From positions 6,758,001 to 6,822,000 of the forward strand of contig OZ024764.1 of assembly GCA_964016885.1 (NCBI GenBank): a stretch of DNA of 64,000 nt. The letters are read 5' to 3'. This document shows positions 1 to 12,560 of the stretch, in pieces (the stretch's first letter is position 1; each line of letters begins with the position of its first letter). Made by a program: the position numbers and the translations under genes. This DNA comes from Eledone cirrhosa. Its lineage: Eukaryota. The notes beneath the pieces were generated by a model that was not told where the DNA came from, did no database searches, and saw nothing but the letters and a program-made list of their open reading frames with translations.

Positions 1-2932
1 AGGGCCTCAGAACCCTGTGCGTCATTCGGGCCACTCCACGACGGCGGAGTGCAACCCGAGCGACGAGAGGCTGCTAAGAATCACAGGTTCCCGAAGGCCG
101 CTAAAGAACAGGTCTAACCTTGCCATATGCACCTACGACTGCAGGTCTTTGGCAGGGGGGGGGGGGGCAAGGACTGAATCACCTAATGGAGGAGAAGAAG
201 AAGATCAGGTGGGACGTGTTAGGGCTGTGCGAGAGCCGCCGGAAGAAGGAGGCGAGTTCGCGATGGTAAGATGGATGCGCCGTGAGACTCGGGAAGGCAT
301 AGGGTGCCAGATCGGTCGGAGGTGTAGGGTTCATCGTAAGCAAGGAATGGCTTCGAAGGTCGCTTCTTGCCAGTTCATATCGTCATGGATTGGTGTACTG
401 AACGTGAACCTCTCAGAGAAGGCCACCCTCAAGATCGTCCAGACCTATGCTCCCACAAGTGCCAGCGACGATGATGAAGTGGAAGAATTCTATCGCCAGC
501 TAGACAAAGTGCTAGCTGTGAAGTCCACATACACCGTCGAGATGGGAGACTTCAACGCAAAGGTCGGACAGGGACGGCTAGGGGAAGAGTATGTCGGAAG
601 ATTCGGCCTAGGAGAGTGAAATGAGAGAGGAGAGCGTCTGGTCACCATGGCGGAGACGAGACGTCTCTACATCGGAAACAGCCTATTCAGGAAGAAGGAG
701 GAGAAGAGATGGACCTGGGTATCGCCAAATTCTGAGCACCGAAACGAGATTGACTACATCTTGGTCAACAAGCAACGCATACTGCAGGACGTCTCCGTCA
801 TAACGCCATTCAACAATGGCAGTGATCATCGTCTGGTGAGGGCGAAGGTCGTCATCGACCGGACGAGGGAGAAGAAGGCGCTGCATTTGGCGCCAAAGGG
901 AGAACGCGCTCGTGTCTTCAACGAGGCGCAGCTGCAGGAAGCCATCATGCAGGAAAACTGGCGTCAAGGAGACGGCATAGACGCTGACTACGACTCACTG
1001 ATAAGGAAACTGAAGGAGGGCTTGAGGAAGGCTAAGGGTGTGTGCCCGGGGGAGCGGAAGGGAAGAGTCTCGGAGGAAACTATGAAGTTGCTTAAGAAGA
1101 GGAAGAATATGAAGAGGACACCTGAAGATCACCTCGAATATTCCCTTCTCAGCAGAGTGATACGACAACAACTGAAGAGAGACTTCGAGGCATACCGGAT
1201 GGAGAAGCTCCTGAAGGCCGCAGAGGAAAAGAAGAGCCTCAAGAGATGCGAGAGGGCAATGACAATATACAGATCGGAGGTGACGACCCTGAAGAACACA
1301 GCTGGAGTACCGGTCAGCGTCAAGAGTGAGGTGGAAAAAGTTTGCCAAGAATTCTACACCAAGCTCTTCAAGTCTGCCGGGAATGTGCAGCCATTGCCGT
1401 CACTCCAACAGGAAGAAAATGTGCCACCCATCCTTGTCAGTGAGGTCGAAAGAGCCGTCAGCTTGATGAAAAGCGGAAAGGCGCCAGGGAAAGACGGCAT
1501 AACATCGGAGATGTTGAAGTCAGGTGGCGAGCAGTTCTGGAAAATCCTCGCCGAGCGATTCACACACTATCTGGACGAGGGAAGAATACCCTCGCAGTGG
1601 AAAGAGTCAAATACCATCCTGCTATACAAGAAGGGCGATAGAGAAGATCTGAAGAACTACCGACCCATATGCCTGCTGTCTCACATGTACAAGCTGTTCG
1701 CGAAGATAATCCTGAACAGGTTATCACGTCATCTGGACGAACAGCAACCGAGAGAGCAAGCCGGCTTCCGGAAAAACTACAGCACGATGGATCACATATT
1801 TACTCTGACACAACTGCTTGAGCGAGCAAAGAGTACAAGATGCCTCTTTGCGATACGTCCGTAGACTATGAGAAGGCCTTCGACAGGGTCGAAATCAACG
1901 CAGTGCTGAACTCGCTGCAGAGGCAAGGAGTCGAGGCGCAATACGTTCAACTGCTCAGGGAGGCGAGTTCCAGATGCACCACCGACATAGCTCTGCTGTC
2001 ATAACCCGTACAAGTGCCGGTCGAGAAGGGAGTGAAGCAAGGAGATACGATCTCTCCAAAACTTTTCACTGCGTGTCTCGAGCAGATCATCAGAGGCATT
2101 GATAGGCAAGGCGGTGTCAACATCAACGGCGAGATACTTACCCACCTCCGTTTCGCTGATGACATCGTACTCACCGCTGAAACCACGGATCAGCTTCAGA
2201 CCATGCTGACGGAGCTCGACATCAAAAGCTCTGCAGTAGGCCTCAAGATGAACCGCATGAAAACGAAGTTCACGCGGTCCGACAACATACCAACAGGTCG
2301 AATGGTGGTTGGCGGTGATGAAATAGAGGAGGTGGAGGAATAAGTCTACCTGGGACAAGAAGTGAACATGCGCTGAGACATTGAGAGGGAGATCTCGCGG
2401 AGAGTAAGGGCCGGATGGAAGGCGTTCAACGGCATAAGGGATGTGCTCAAGGGGAGGTTGGACAAGACCACCCGCGCCAACCTCTTCAATAGCATAGTTT
2501 TACCTGCAATGTTATATGGCAGTGAAACTTGGGCTACAACGAAGAGAGAAGAGCAGAGGCTGGCAATGGCTCAAAGAGCCATGGAGAGATCAATGCTAGG
2601 AATCTCGTTGAGAGAGCACATCAGGAGCGAAGTCATCAGACAGAAGTCCGGCGTGAGGGACATCATCAGGGAATATATGTGCAGCAGGTTCAGATGGGCT
2701 GGACACGTCGCCCGGTCCACCGATAATCGGTGGACCCGCGCAGTTGCCGAGTGGTACCCGCGCGAGCGGAAACGACCACTCGGAAGGCCTTCACGAGGGT
2801 GGAGTTACGATTTTAGGAATACGATTGGGACTACATGGATGAGAAAAGCACGATCTAGAGAGGACGGCGTGCTGTGACCAGCGGCGCCGAATGGACGCCC
2901 GACAGACTGGTCGGTCAAGGTGATTAAGGTGA
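1..2932 (+). mobile_element. RTE-clade non-LTR retrotransposon (APE endonuclease + reverse transcriptase), near full length, frameshifted and with stops
   Basis: ORF pieces give APE motifs (YAPTS, MGDFNAKVG, NEIDYIL, SDHRLV) and RT motifs (KAPGKDGI, NYRPICLLS, EQAGFR, GVKQGDTISPKLF, RFADDIV), plus the RTE C-terminus (LYGSETW, RWAGHVAR, RPLGRP..W). Ends in a short AAGGTGA repeat before a TA run. Confidence 0.93.
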
Positions 2933-2982
2933 TATATATAAATATAAATTACACAATAACCAAACTATGTTCAAAACATTTT

Positions 2983-3039
2983 ATTGCTGACAATCGTTTC
3001 TTCCAAACTTTCGTTTGGAATCCTCGGAGCACTAGCAAT
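2983..3039 (-). ncRNA. Degenerate minimal hammerhead ribozyme
   Basis: Minus strand reads ATTGCT..CTCCGAG-GATTCCAAA/TTTGGAA-GAAAC-GATT-GTC-AGCAAT. The 3' half is canonical but the CUGANGA box is altered. Confidence 0.4.
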
Positions 3040-3475
3040 GTTTGGACATATAATTAACTTCCTATTCAACTGAACAATCATATAGATACATGGATATTAA
3101 TGTTGTCAACAGTTTCATATTTACAGAGTGGAATGGATGTGAGAGAGATTACAAGAGAATTGTATAATAATTAAAGAGGCATTAAGGTAGAAAGTTACTC
3201 ATAAAACGAGGCCATTAGCAGTACATATGCAAGCGTATAGAGAGTTCAAATATGTTAGGCATATATACAGGACAGTTAGGTAGGAAACAATTTATATTCC
3301 CGCTCTGTAAAACATCTCATGTATTTACATTGAGCTATTTTTCTTACTGGTAATAGGGTAGTAATGAATTACTGACCTTTCCTGTTTATAGTTGTATATA
3401 GTGTATATATAACTATAAATAATATTATTATTATTATATATATATATATTTATATATATTATATATATCATCATC

Positions 3476-3811
3476 ATCATCATCATCATTTTACGTCCGC
3501 TTTTCCCTGCTTGCAAGGGTGGGACGGGAACTGATTCTGGCTTGATTTCTACAGCTGGATGCCCTTCCTAACACCAACCTCATTTACAGTGAGTGCTGGG
3601 TGCTTTTTTGCCGTGGCACCTCCACGACCAGTTTGCAGTGGAATGATAGGGACCCCAGTCCCTATCATCTCATTTCTACAGCTGAGTAAACTGGAGCAAT
3701 GTGAAATAAAGTGTCTTGCTCAAGGAAACAACACATCACCCGGTCTGAGAATTGAACTCACAACCTTTCGATTGCAAGCCCAATGCTCTAACCACTAAGC
3801 CATGTGCCTCC
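3476..3811 (-). mobile_element. tRNA-derived SINE (family A)
   Basis: A box TGGCTTAGTGG, B box GAGTTCAATTC and (ATG)n tail. Near-identical copies at 12061, 13463, 28646 and 42924. Confidence 0.9.
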
Positions 3812-5159
3812 ATATATATATAATATAAATAAATATTATCCCGTTATCTGTATATATATATATATATATATCGAGGCCACCAATCACCCAGTGCATTACT
3901 GGTACTCTATTTTATCGACCCCGTAAGGATGAAAGGCAAAGTATCAGAAGGCAGCTGTGAAATACATCTTGTATTATTTCTTCTTCTTCTTCTCCCTCTT
4001 TTCAGTGTCTGTCTGTCTGTCTGTCTGTCTGTCTGATTGCACAGTGAGTGTCACTGTACATGTCCGTCCCAATGGAGATGTTGTGCGTTAAGGACAGCAA
4101 TGATCTCATCCACACCCAGCTTCTGGTGGAGCACAGTTGAAGGGGTCTCATCTTTCAATTTGGCTCCACACATCCACCTAATCATGGCACGATCATTTCA
4201 CCTGAGCCATTGCAGATCTGAGGCATTCGGAGCCCATGTCTCACTTCCATGAAGCATGGCAGAGCGAAACACAAGCCAACAATTTCTGGGGCAGATTTAA
4301 GTCGATTAAATCTAAACCAGTGCATTACTGGTACTTTATTTTCTCTACCCTGTATAGAGCCAGAACAAATACCAGAATGCACACTTTATTTCACGTTGCC
4401 CCAGTCCACTCAGCTGGCAAAAATTAGTTGTGCCTGTAATTCGAAGGATCAGCCTTGTCACATTCTGTGTCACGCTGAATCTCCCTGACAACTACCGTTT
4501 GCTCAGCCACTTGCACGTTAATTTCACGAGCAGACTGTTCTGTTGATTAGATCAAGTGGACCGCTTATCGTCGTATCCGACGGAGTGCCTTCCATTCCAT
4601 TGATAGGGAAATTTGGGGACAAATTAAGGGGATACGTCAGTAATCATAGTGGGTAAGGTGAGATTACCAGAGGGAATGTATTTCGAATTCAATTGTATCT
4701 TATCTGCCGGTAATTTTAGTATTCAGGATTTTAGTATTCACCGGGCAGTAATGTTGAAGAGAGGGTAATGTGGAACTGTTACACCGGTAGACCAGTCGGA
4801 CGTGAGGCAAGTTGACCTTGACTGGTTTAGAACTCAAGACTTAATTAAAGGGATTCTACAGAAGACACACGTAAGTAGAGTTTAATTAATAAAGGGGTCT
4901 CTATGTAGTCGTACAACCGGCTAAAAATAACAGCCACATTTCCTTCAAATAATATCAGGTTGGCTTATGTATGTATACATACACACGCACGCATACACAC
5001 ACACATATATATACAGACACACGCACGCATACATATATATATACTTACAGACACATACGCATATATATATGTATATATATATATATTTTCTAGGGCGGGT
5101 AAAATTCCCGAGATCGATGGACGGAAAACTCGGAGCTATATATATATATATATATATAT

Positions 5160-5358
5160 AGGAAAAAGTAAAAGTATGACCCCGACGGCAGAGCTCAAGC
5201 CGTTTCGACGGCTATTTCTGGACTGAAATAGCCGTCGAAACGGCTTGAGCTCTGCCGTCGGGTTCATACTTTTTTCCTATTTCCCACTCTACTATCCTAA
5301 GTATTGAGCACTCTGGAGCGTTATGGTCCATCTGGTTCCTTACCACAATTCCTTTGTT
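5160..5358. repeat. Fold-back element with an approximately 55 bp near-perfect hairpin, between (TA)n tracts
   Basis: 5160-5218 is the reverse complement of 5226-5279. A related inverted copy lies at 55321-55465. Confidence 0.85.
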
Positions 5359-5475
5359 ATATATATATATATATATATATATATGAATGTATGTATAGTA
5401 TATTTGGCAATATACTGTATGTTTAATAAAAAACGTTTTGAAGACCATTCGCTTTAATCTCGGCATGTCTTAGTC

Positions 5476-5940
5476 TTAGATTCTTCTTCCGCGCCGTTCG
5501 GCCCATCGAGCAGTAAGTACTCGCCAACCGTCACGATCAGCGGCAACTTTTTCGAGACCGTGCCAGGTGATGTTGGCTGCCATCAGGTCCTTCCCGAACA
5601 TTCGTCGCCAGGTGATCCTTGGGCAACCCCGCCCGCCAGGCGGAATCCAGTTCATCGCTGTTTTCGAATGCCGTTCATTTGGCAGACGCAGAATATGGCG
5701 GCCAGCCGGACGGCACCGACGCTCCCTGACCACTCTCTCTCTGTAGCGCCCACGACTAGGCTCTCCTCGTTTCACACTCGGTCACGCCAGGACACACGAA
5801 GGACCTTTCGCAGGCGCCGCTGGTGAAAAGCATTCAGCCATCTCTCTATTTTTGCCGTACTCTTCCAGGTCTCGCTCGCATAAAGCACTGTCGGCAGCAC
5901 GATGCTCTTGTACAGGCGGAGCTTGGTCTTGGTGCTAATG
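5476..5940 (-). mobile_element. RTE-like LINE 3' fragment
   Basis: HILRLPNERHSKTAMNWIPPGGRGCPRITWRR..AADRDGWR, a typical RTE C-terminus. Confidence 0.8.
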
Positions 5941-5983
5941 CATGAAGACTACCAGACTGGGCACAGCGGCTGGAAAACTCGGC

Positions 5984-6028
<45 letters not shown>

Positions 6029-6059
6029 GACACGCATATATATATATATATATATATGT

Positions 6060-6433
6060 AGGTAAACCTTCCTTAAATTTCACGTCGGAAATGAAATTTA
6101 TTTTCATTTTCGATTCATTAAAAAATATTGTTGTTTATCTGAATACAAAAAATGGTTGGACGACTACGGGCTGGCACTACGTTAGTTGATGTTTTGGATG
6201 GAAATGACATCGTTAATGAGAATATTACACTTGTTACTCTTATACCTGTCATACACGGTGACTGTCTGTGTTAGAGTGGCTGGTGAGACGGCGATTGGTC
6301 TCCGACGGTTCGGTTTCGTATCCTGAACTGGATCAAATTGATGTTGTTGTGCACGGACGGAACTTTATAGATCCTGCGGACCCTGAAGTACACACCCAGC
6401 TAATAGAGAACACGTGGATGCGTGCAAAGAAGA
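6060..6433 (+). mobile_element. Merlin/ISXO2-like DNA transposon fragment
   Basis: VVHGRNFIDPADPEVHTQLIENTWMRAKK resembles the VNH..FVDP....HTQ.IE..W motif of ISXO2/Merlin transposases. Flanked by (TA)n. Confidence 0.6.
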
Positions 6434-6459
6434 TATATATATATATATATATATATATA

Positions 6460-6915
6460 TCATCATCATCATCATCATCAACGTTTAACGTCCGTGTTCC
6501 ACGCTTGCATGGGTTTGGACGGGGGTAGTCCCACTTGAGGCAAGAGTGATTGTCTTGTTCGCATAGGACTGTCTGGCAGGTTTTCTACAGTTGGATGCCC
6601 TTCCTAACACCAACCACATTTACAGTGTGGGTCTGGGAGGTTTTTACCGTGTTGCCTACACGGCCACATTACAGCGTGGACTGTGTGTTTTTTTGTCGTG
6701 ACACCTACACGATCTCATTTGTTTCGGCCTGGATGGCGCGGCACCAACATAGCTTTACATAGAACGGGGTGGTGTGGATGGGGTGGGGGTGGCGGCGGGA
6801 GGGATGTATTTTGTTAGAGATGCCTACTGGCAAGGCGGGTCTTCTCTGTTACTGAGTACCGCCAAAGGTCACGGTCCAGTGACATTGTCTTGGAGAGGTG
6901 TAAGTGTGTGAGGTC
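6460..6915 (-). mobile_element. 5'-truncated LINE 3' end / 3' UTR (same family as 7099-8452)
   Basis: Reverse-complement similarity to 8060-8452 and 10405-10890, with an (ATG)n tail. Confidence 0.75.
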
Positions 6916-6930
6916 GGAGTTTATCAGCTC

Positions 6931-6967
<37 letters not shown>

Positions 6968-7098
6968 TATATATACATATACATACATATGTGCAGTCAT
7001 TCTCTTCCTAAACACGTGTTTCTTGTTTCAGTCTCGCTGTGTGACACCTTAGAATTTAATAAACGGAAACTTCAGAAGTGTGTCTATATATATATATA

Positions 7099-8452
7099 CA
7101 GGGCTCTGTTCTTAGCCCTCTCCTGTTCATCATAGTCCTGCAGGCAATAACGGAGGAGTTTAAGACCGGATGCCCATGGGAACTCCTGTATGCTGATGAC
7201 CTCGCACTCATAGCTGAATCTATGGTAGAACTAGAGAATAAATTCCAAACCTGGAAGCAGGGACTAGAGAGAAAGGGCCTCAAAGTCAACATGACAAAGA
7301 CTAAGGTCCTTATAAGTAGACGAGAAAACAGAACCCAGATCCCCTCAGGGAAATGGCCTTGCTCAGTATGTAGGAAAGGTGTAGGTAGGAACTCCATTCT
7401 TTGCCCCAAATGCAAACAATGGGTACACAAGAGATGTAGCGGGATCTCAGGAAGCTTAATTAAGAATGTAGGATTCACATGCAGCAGCTGTGCTGAAACA
7501 GCAAGCAAACAGCCACAGGAAACAAGTACCACCAATCTCTGGGAGGGCCCTGTAGAAACAGTAGACAGCTTCTGCTACCTAGGTGACCGAATTAGCAACG
7601 GAGGTGGGTGCTCAGAAAGTACAATAACTAGGGTAAGAACGGGATGGAAGAAGTTTAGGGAACTACTACCACTGCTAGCTGCAAAAGGCTTCTCCCTCAG
7701 AATGAAAGGCAGACTGTATGATGTGTGTATCCGAACAGCGATGTTACATGGTAGTGAGACCTGGGCGCTGAAGGTGGAAGACTTACGTAGATTAGAGAGA
7801 AACGAAGCCTGCATGCTCCGATGGATGTGTAACAGTAATATACGCGAACGACAAAGTATAAAGGAATTGAGAGAGAGACTGAGCATAAGAGGAATCAAAT
7901 GCTGCGTGCAGGAGAGGCGGTTACGCTGGTATGGACATGTGATGCGTATGAAGGATGACAGCTGCATAAAAAGGTGCAGAGCACTAGAAGTTGATGGAAA
8001 CCGTGGAGTGGGGAGACCCAAGATGACTTGGGATGAGGTGATAAAAGCCGACCTTACCCAACTACACCTCTCAAAGACAATGACACACGACCGTGACTTC
8101 TGGCGTCACGCAGTAATACAGGGTACCCGACCTCCCATGGGTACATGCTGAAGCATATAAACAATATGCCCCCCCCCCCCCCCACCGCAAGGTGGTCGTG
8201 GAGGTGCCACGGCAAAAAAGCACCCAGCCCACACTGTAAAGTGGACGTGTAGGCGCCACGAAAAAGCACCCAGCACTCACTGTAAATGAGGTTGGTGTTA
8301 GGAAGGGCATCCAGCTGTAGAAATCAAGCCAGATCAGTTCCTGTATGAGCAAGGCATGGTCAGCCGACCAGACACTGCCCACAACAGGACAACCCGTCTA
8401 ACCCATGCTAGCGTGGAAGAACGGACGTAAAACGGTGATGATGATGATGATG
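7099..8452 (+). mobile_element. 5'-truncated RTE-like LINE with a PHD-like Cys-rich insert after the RT core
   Basis: QGSVLSPLLF, LLYADDL, CSVC..C..CKQWVHKRC..CSSC, LHGSETWA, RLRWYGHVMR. The 3' UTR ends in (GAT)n. Confidence 0.9.
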
Positions 8453-8470
8453 ATAAGTTTTAATATAGAT

Positions 8471-8523
8471 GAGATTCTACAGGACTAGAACTGTTTCATT
8501 CTTTAGAAATCATCAGTAATCTC
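8471..8523 (-). ncRNA. Type I hammerhead-like motif
   Basis: Minus strand: GAGATT(A)-CTGATGA-TTTCTaaAGAAT-GAAA-CAG ttctagtc CTG-TA-GAATCTC. GUA triplet, weak stem II closure. Confidence 0.55.
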
Positions 8524-8633
8524 TTATACTCTGCAATGTATTGAGTACCTTACTTACTGTGGTTACCTCCGACTCAACCCGGAATAACGTGTATATATAT
8601 ATATATATATATATATCACCAATGTCCAACCCC

Positions 8634-8674
<41 letters not shown>

Positions 8675-8732
8675 TATTGGTGTGTAATGTTTAGCTACAG
8701 ATGGTTCACCATTTATCACCAATGTCCAACTC

Positions 8733-8787
<55 letters not shown>

Positions 8788-8827
8788 TATAAATATTAAT
8801 AAAATAGATGTTCTTTTGATCAATTAC

Positions 8828-8880
8828 ATTTTATTATACATATTTCGGATGTACAGCAGTACGTCCTCATCAGACAAAAT
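8828..8880 (-). ncRNA. Minimal type I hammerhead ribozyme
   Basis: Minus strand: ATTTTGT-CTGATGA-GGACGTAC tgct GTACATCC-GAAA-T-ATGT-A-TA-ATAAAAT. Confidence 0.8.
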
Positions 8881-9250
8881 ATAATGATACATGACATACC
8901 CTGAGATGTTAAATGGTTAAGATTTAATCAAGGTATTTATTAATATTTATATTTTAATATTAATAACTCCGGAAAATTATTTTTTCGTAGAGTGCTTCCA
9001 ATCTACTGTAAAACTCATTCTTTGATATACTCATTGAATATCGTTTAACACTTTAATATATATATATATATATATATATATTGTGTATTGGTGTGTAATG
9101 TTTAGCTACAGATGGTTCACCATTTATCACCAATGTCCAACCCTTGTATATATATATATATGTGTATATATATATATATATATATTGTGTATTGGTGTGT
9201 AATGTTTAGCTACAGATGGTTCACCATTTTGAGCACTCAATGCCAACATT

Positions 9251-9286
<36 letters not shown>

Positions 9287-9360
9287 GTATTGGTGTGTAA
9301 TGTTTAGCTACAAATGGTTCACCATTTATCACCAATGTCCAACCCCTGTATATATATATA

Positions 9361-9432
<72 letters not shown>

Positions 9433-9486
9433 TAAAAAAATAATGAATAAAACAATGAAACAGTTCCTTATATTAAACAAAAAAAG

Positions 9487-9640
9487 TTCATTATTTAACG
9501 ATCGTTTCTAGGATATATATGTGTTAGAATTGGCATGCATATTCAACAGATCTATGTACAAAATTATACAAAATTATACAAACTATCAAAATTAAATATA
9601 CATACCAACACATATATATGCCGTCTTCAGAAATAATGAA
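9487..9640 (-). ncRNA. Type I hammerhead with a long insertion in stem/loop II
   Basis: Minus strand: TTCATTATTT-CTGAAGA-CGGCATATATATGTG...CACATATATATCCTA-GAAA-C-GATC-G-TT-AAATAATGAA. Perfect 10 bp stem I and palindromic loop 3. Confidence 0.7.
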
Positions 9641-10142
9641 ATATATTTATTGATAATAACAACAATTCAAAATTACAGGTCTGTTTGGGAACAGAGTTCA
9701 AATTGACCAATGAAAACACAAAAAGTTTATACAGTTAGGTGTATGTATATATGTAAGTAACTTCGTTCACAGATATGCATAAAAATATATGTTCACATGC
9801 ATACGCATGCCGAAAAGATGTATGTAAATACAAAAATTCAGGGCTAATGTCTCTGTATGTTTATAATCTACAGATAAAATACGTATACGCATATAAACAT
9901 ATAAATATAAAAATAAAAAAATATAAAAATAAATATATATATATATATATATATATTGTGTATTGGTGTGTAATGTTTAGCTACAGATGGTTCACCATTT
10001 TGAGCACCCAATGCCAACATTTGTGTCCGGTTACCAATGTGGTATTCTACGTTTGTTATTTCACCATAGTCGGTATCTTTAGGTAGCACAGTGTTAATAA
10101 TAAAGAGAAAGAAGAAAGTATCAATATACCTTCATTATGTTT

Positions 10143-10385
10143 ACTAGCACAAGAACTACCCTACGGGTGGTTCTCTGCTAGCATGTGTAGTGTGTATAAT
10201 GATATTATACACAAATATATATACATGTAAATATGATACATCAACTAAAATCGTAATTGACAATATACACTGAAATTGAACTAACCCTATGTTACACTGT
10301 CTTCTGTAATCAGTAATCCATGATATATTAAAAAAAAGACATTATATATAAACTGCAGGAGATTATTAGTGACGGAAATATATGA
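10143..10385 (-). mobile_element. Helitron-like non-autonomous element, 3' end
   Basis: Minus strand ends GAACCACCCGTAGGGTAGTTC hairpin-TTGTG-CTAG followed by T. The body recurs at about 62903-63350. Confidence 0.6.
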
Positions 10386-10404
10386 TAAATTCCGAGCTTA
10401 CACA

Positions 10405-10890
10405 GTTACACCTCTCTAAGACAATGTCACTGGACCGAGATCTTTGGCGCTACGCAGTAATACAGAAGACCCGCCTTGCCTATGTACAAAGCGAAACCTA
10501 CAGTCAGTAGGCACCTCCTAACCAAATATACACCCCAATCCACTACCCCTACCCTATCCTCCCACTCCCACCAACACCACCCTCTCTCTGTAAAGTTGGT
10601 ACCACAACATCCAGTCCAAATAAATGAGATAATGAGATCGAGATCGTGTAGGTGTCACGACAAAGAAACACACAGTCGACTCTGTAATGTGGCTGTGTAG
10701 GTAACACGGTAAAAACCTCCCAGTCCACACTGTAAATGTAGTTGGTGTTAGGAAGGGCATCCAGCTGTAGAAAACCTGCCAGATAGTCCTATACGAGCGA
10801 GATTCGGTCACCCGACCAACCTTGCCTAAAGTGGGACAACTCCCATCTAACCCATGCTAGCGTGGAAGATGGACGTTAAACGATGATGAT
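10405..10890 (+). mobile_element. 5'-truncated LINE 3' end / UTR
   Basis: The start matches 8060-8130. Shares the GTTGGTGTTAGGAAGGGCATCCAGCTGTAGAAA block and the (GAT)n tail. Confidence 0.75.
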
Positions 10891-10941
10891 GATATATTTA
10901 TGTATTTATATATGTATATATATATATATATGTGTGTATGT

Positions 10942-10986
<45 letters not shown>

Positions 10987-11768
10987 TATGAATTTATATA
11001 TGTTTATATGCGTTTATATATATATATATGTATTTATATATATATGTTTGTATACATATATATCATCATCATCGATTAACGTCCATCTTCCACGCTAGCA
11101 TGGGTTAGACGGGTCCCATTTAGAGGCCAGTTGGGTCGGGTGACCGTCTCTCGCTCATATAGAGGTGTTTCTAGCTGGATGCCCTTCCTAACGTTTGTGT
11201 GCACCCATATCTGTGTTTATGTCATGCAACCTAGCCCTTCAACAAAAGGGACCGATGAAATATGTATCAGGCCAGTGTCCCAGCATTTTTCCGCAGTTTT
11301 ATGACTGAAACCAATACTTAAAATTAAGTCAAATTTATATAGTTCTACACCCTAGTTTTATTTGCTGGGGTGGAAGGTATGTGTTTTTAACAAATCTTAC
11401 CTTCAAACTTATCAGAAATGACGTGATTTTTTAGAAACCAGAGGGGAAGATCTGGGTCCCTCTAACCCCACCACATTCCCACCATTTTCTAAACAAAAAA
11501 AAAAAGTAATTTCCGACAGGTTTGGTGGTCAGTTTTATTGAAAAGGTGCAAATAAAATTATTGTAAGGAAAACACAGAAAGTATGGTGACCATCGCAGGA
11601 ATCTCTGTGGCGCTAAACTCCGCCAGTTGCAGACTACGCATCAACATGTGATATATACACACACATATATATATATACACACAAATATATATATACACAC
11701 ACACATATATATATATATATACACACACACACATATATACATATACACACACACATATATATACATAT

Positions 11769-11799
<31 letters not shown>

Positions 11800-12060
11800 C
11801 ACATACACACACACATATATATATATATATACACACATATATATATACACACACATATACATATACACACATATATATATATACACACTCATATATACAC
11901 ACACATATATATGCATATATATACACACACACATATATATATATAAACACAAACATATATATATATATACACACACATATATATATACACATATACATAT
12001 ACACATATATATATATATACACACTCATATATACACACACATATATATACACACACACAC

Positions 12061-12391
12061 AGGCACATGGCTTAGTGGTTAGAGCATTGGCCTTGCAATC
12101 GAAAGGTTGTGAGTTCAATTCTCAGACCGGGTGATGTGTTGTTTCCTTGAGCAAGACACTTTATTTCACATTGTTCCAGTTTACACAGCTGTAGAAATGA
12201 GATGATAGGGACTGCAGTCCCTATCATTCCACTGCAAAGTGGTCGTGGAGGTGCCACGGCAAAAAAGCACCCAGCACTCACTGTAAATGAGGTTGGTGTT
12301 AGGAGGGCATCCAGCTGTAGAAATCAAGCCAGAATCAGTTCCCGTCCCACCCTTGCAAACAGGGAAAAGTGGACGTAAAATGAAATGATGA
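12061..12391 (+). mobile_element. tRNA-derived SINE (family A)
   Basis: A/B boxes; same consensus as the other family A copies. Confidence 0.9.
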
Positions 12392-12560
12392 TATATATAT
12401 ATATATATATATATATACAGGCCTTCCAATTTCATTTTACATTATATACATGTCTATATTTTAATTATTTAAAAAATATTTTAGAGTAAATGCGACCCTC
12501 AGGTCACAGGTGGTCTAATATATTATAAATGTCCTATTTGTTTTCTTTCATCTTCAGATA

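Noticed and set aside
10020-10090. Non-coding first exon of MTG2
   Set aside because: An upstream exon is implied by the acceptor at 12557, but nothing beyond a weak possible donor supports this location.
12061-12140. tRNA gene
   Set aside because: The A/B boxes belong to a multi-copy SINE head, and there is no complete cloverleaf.
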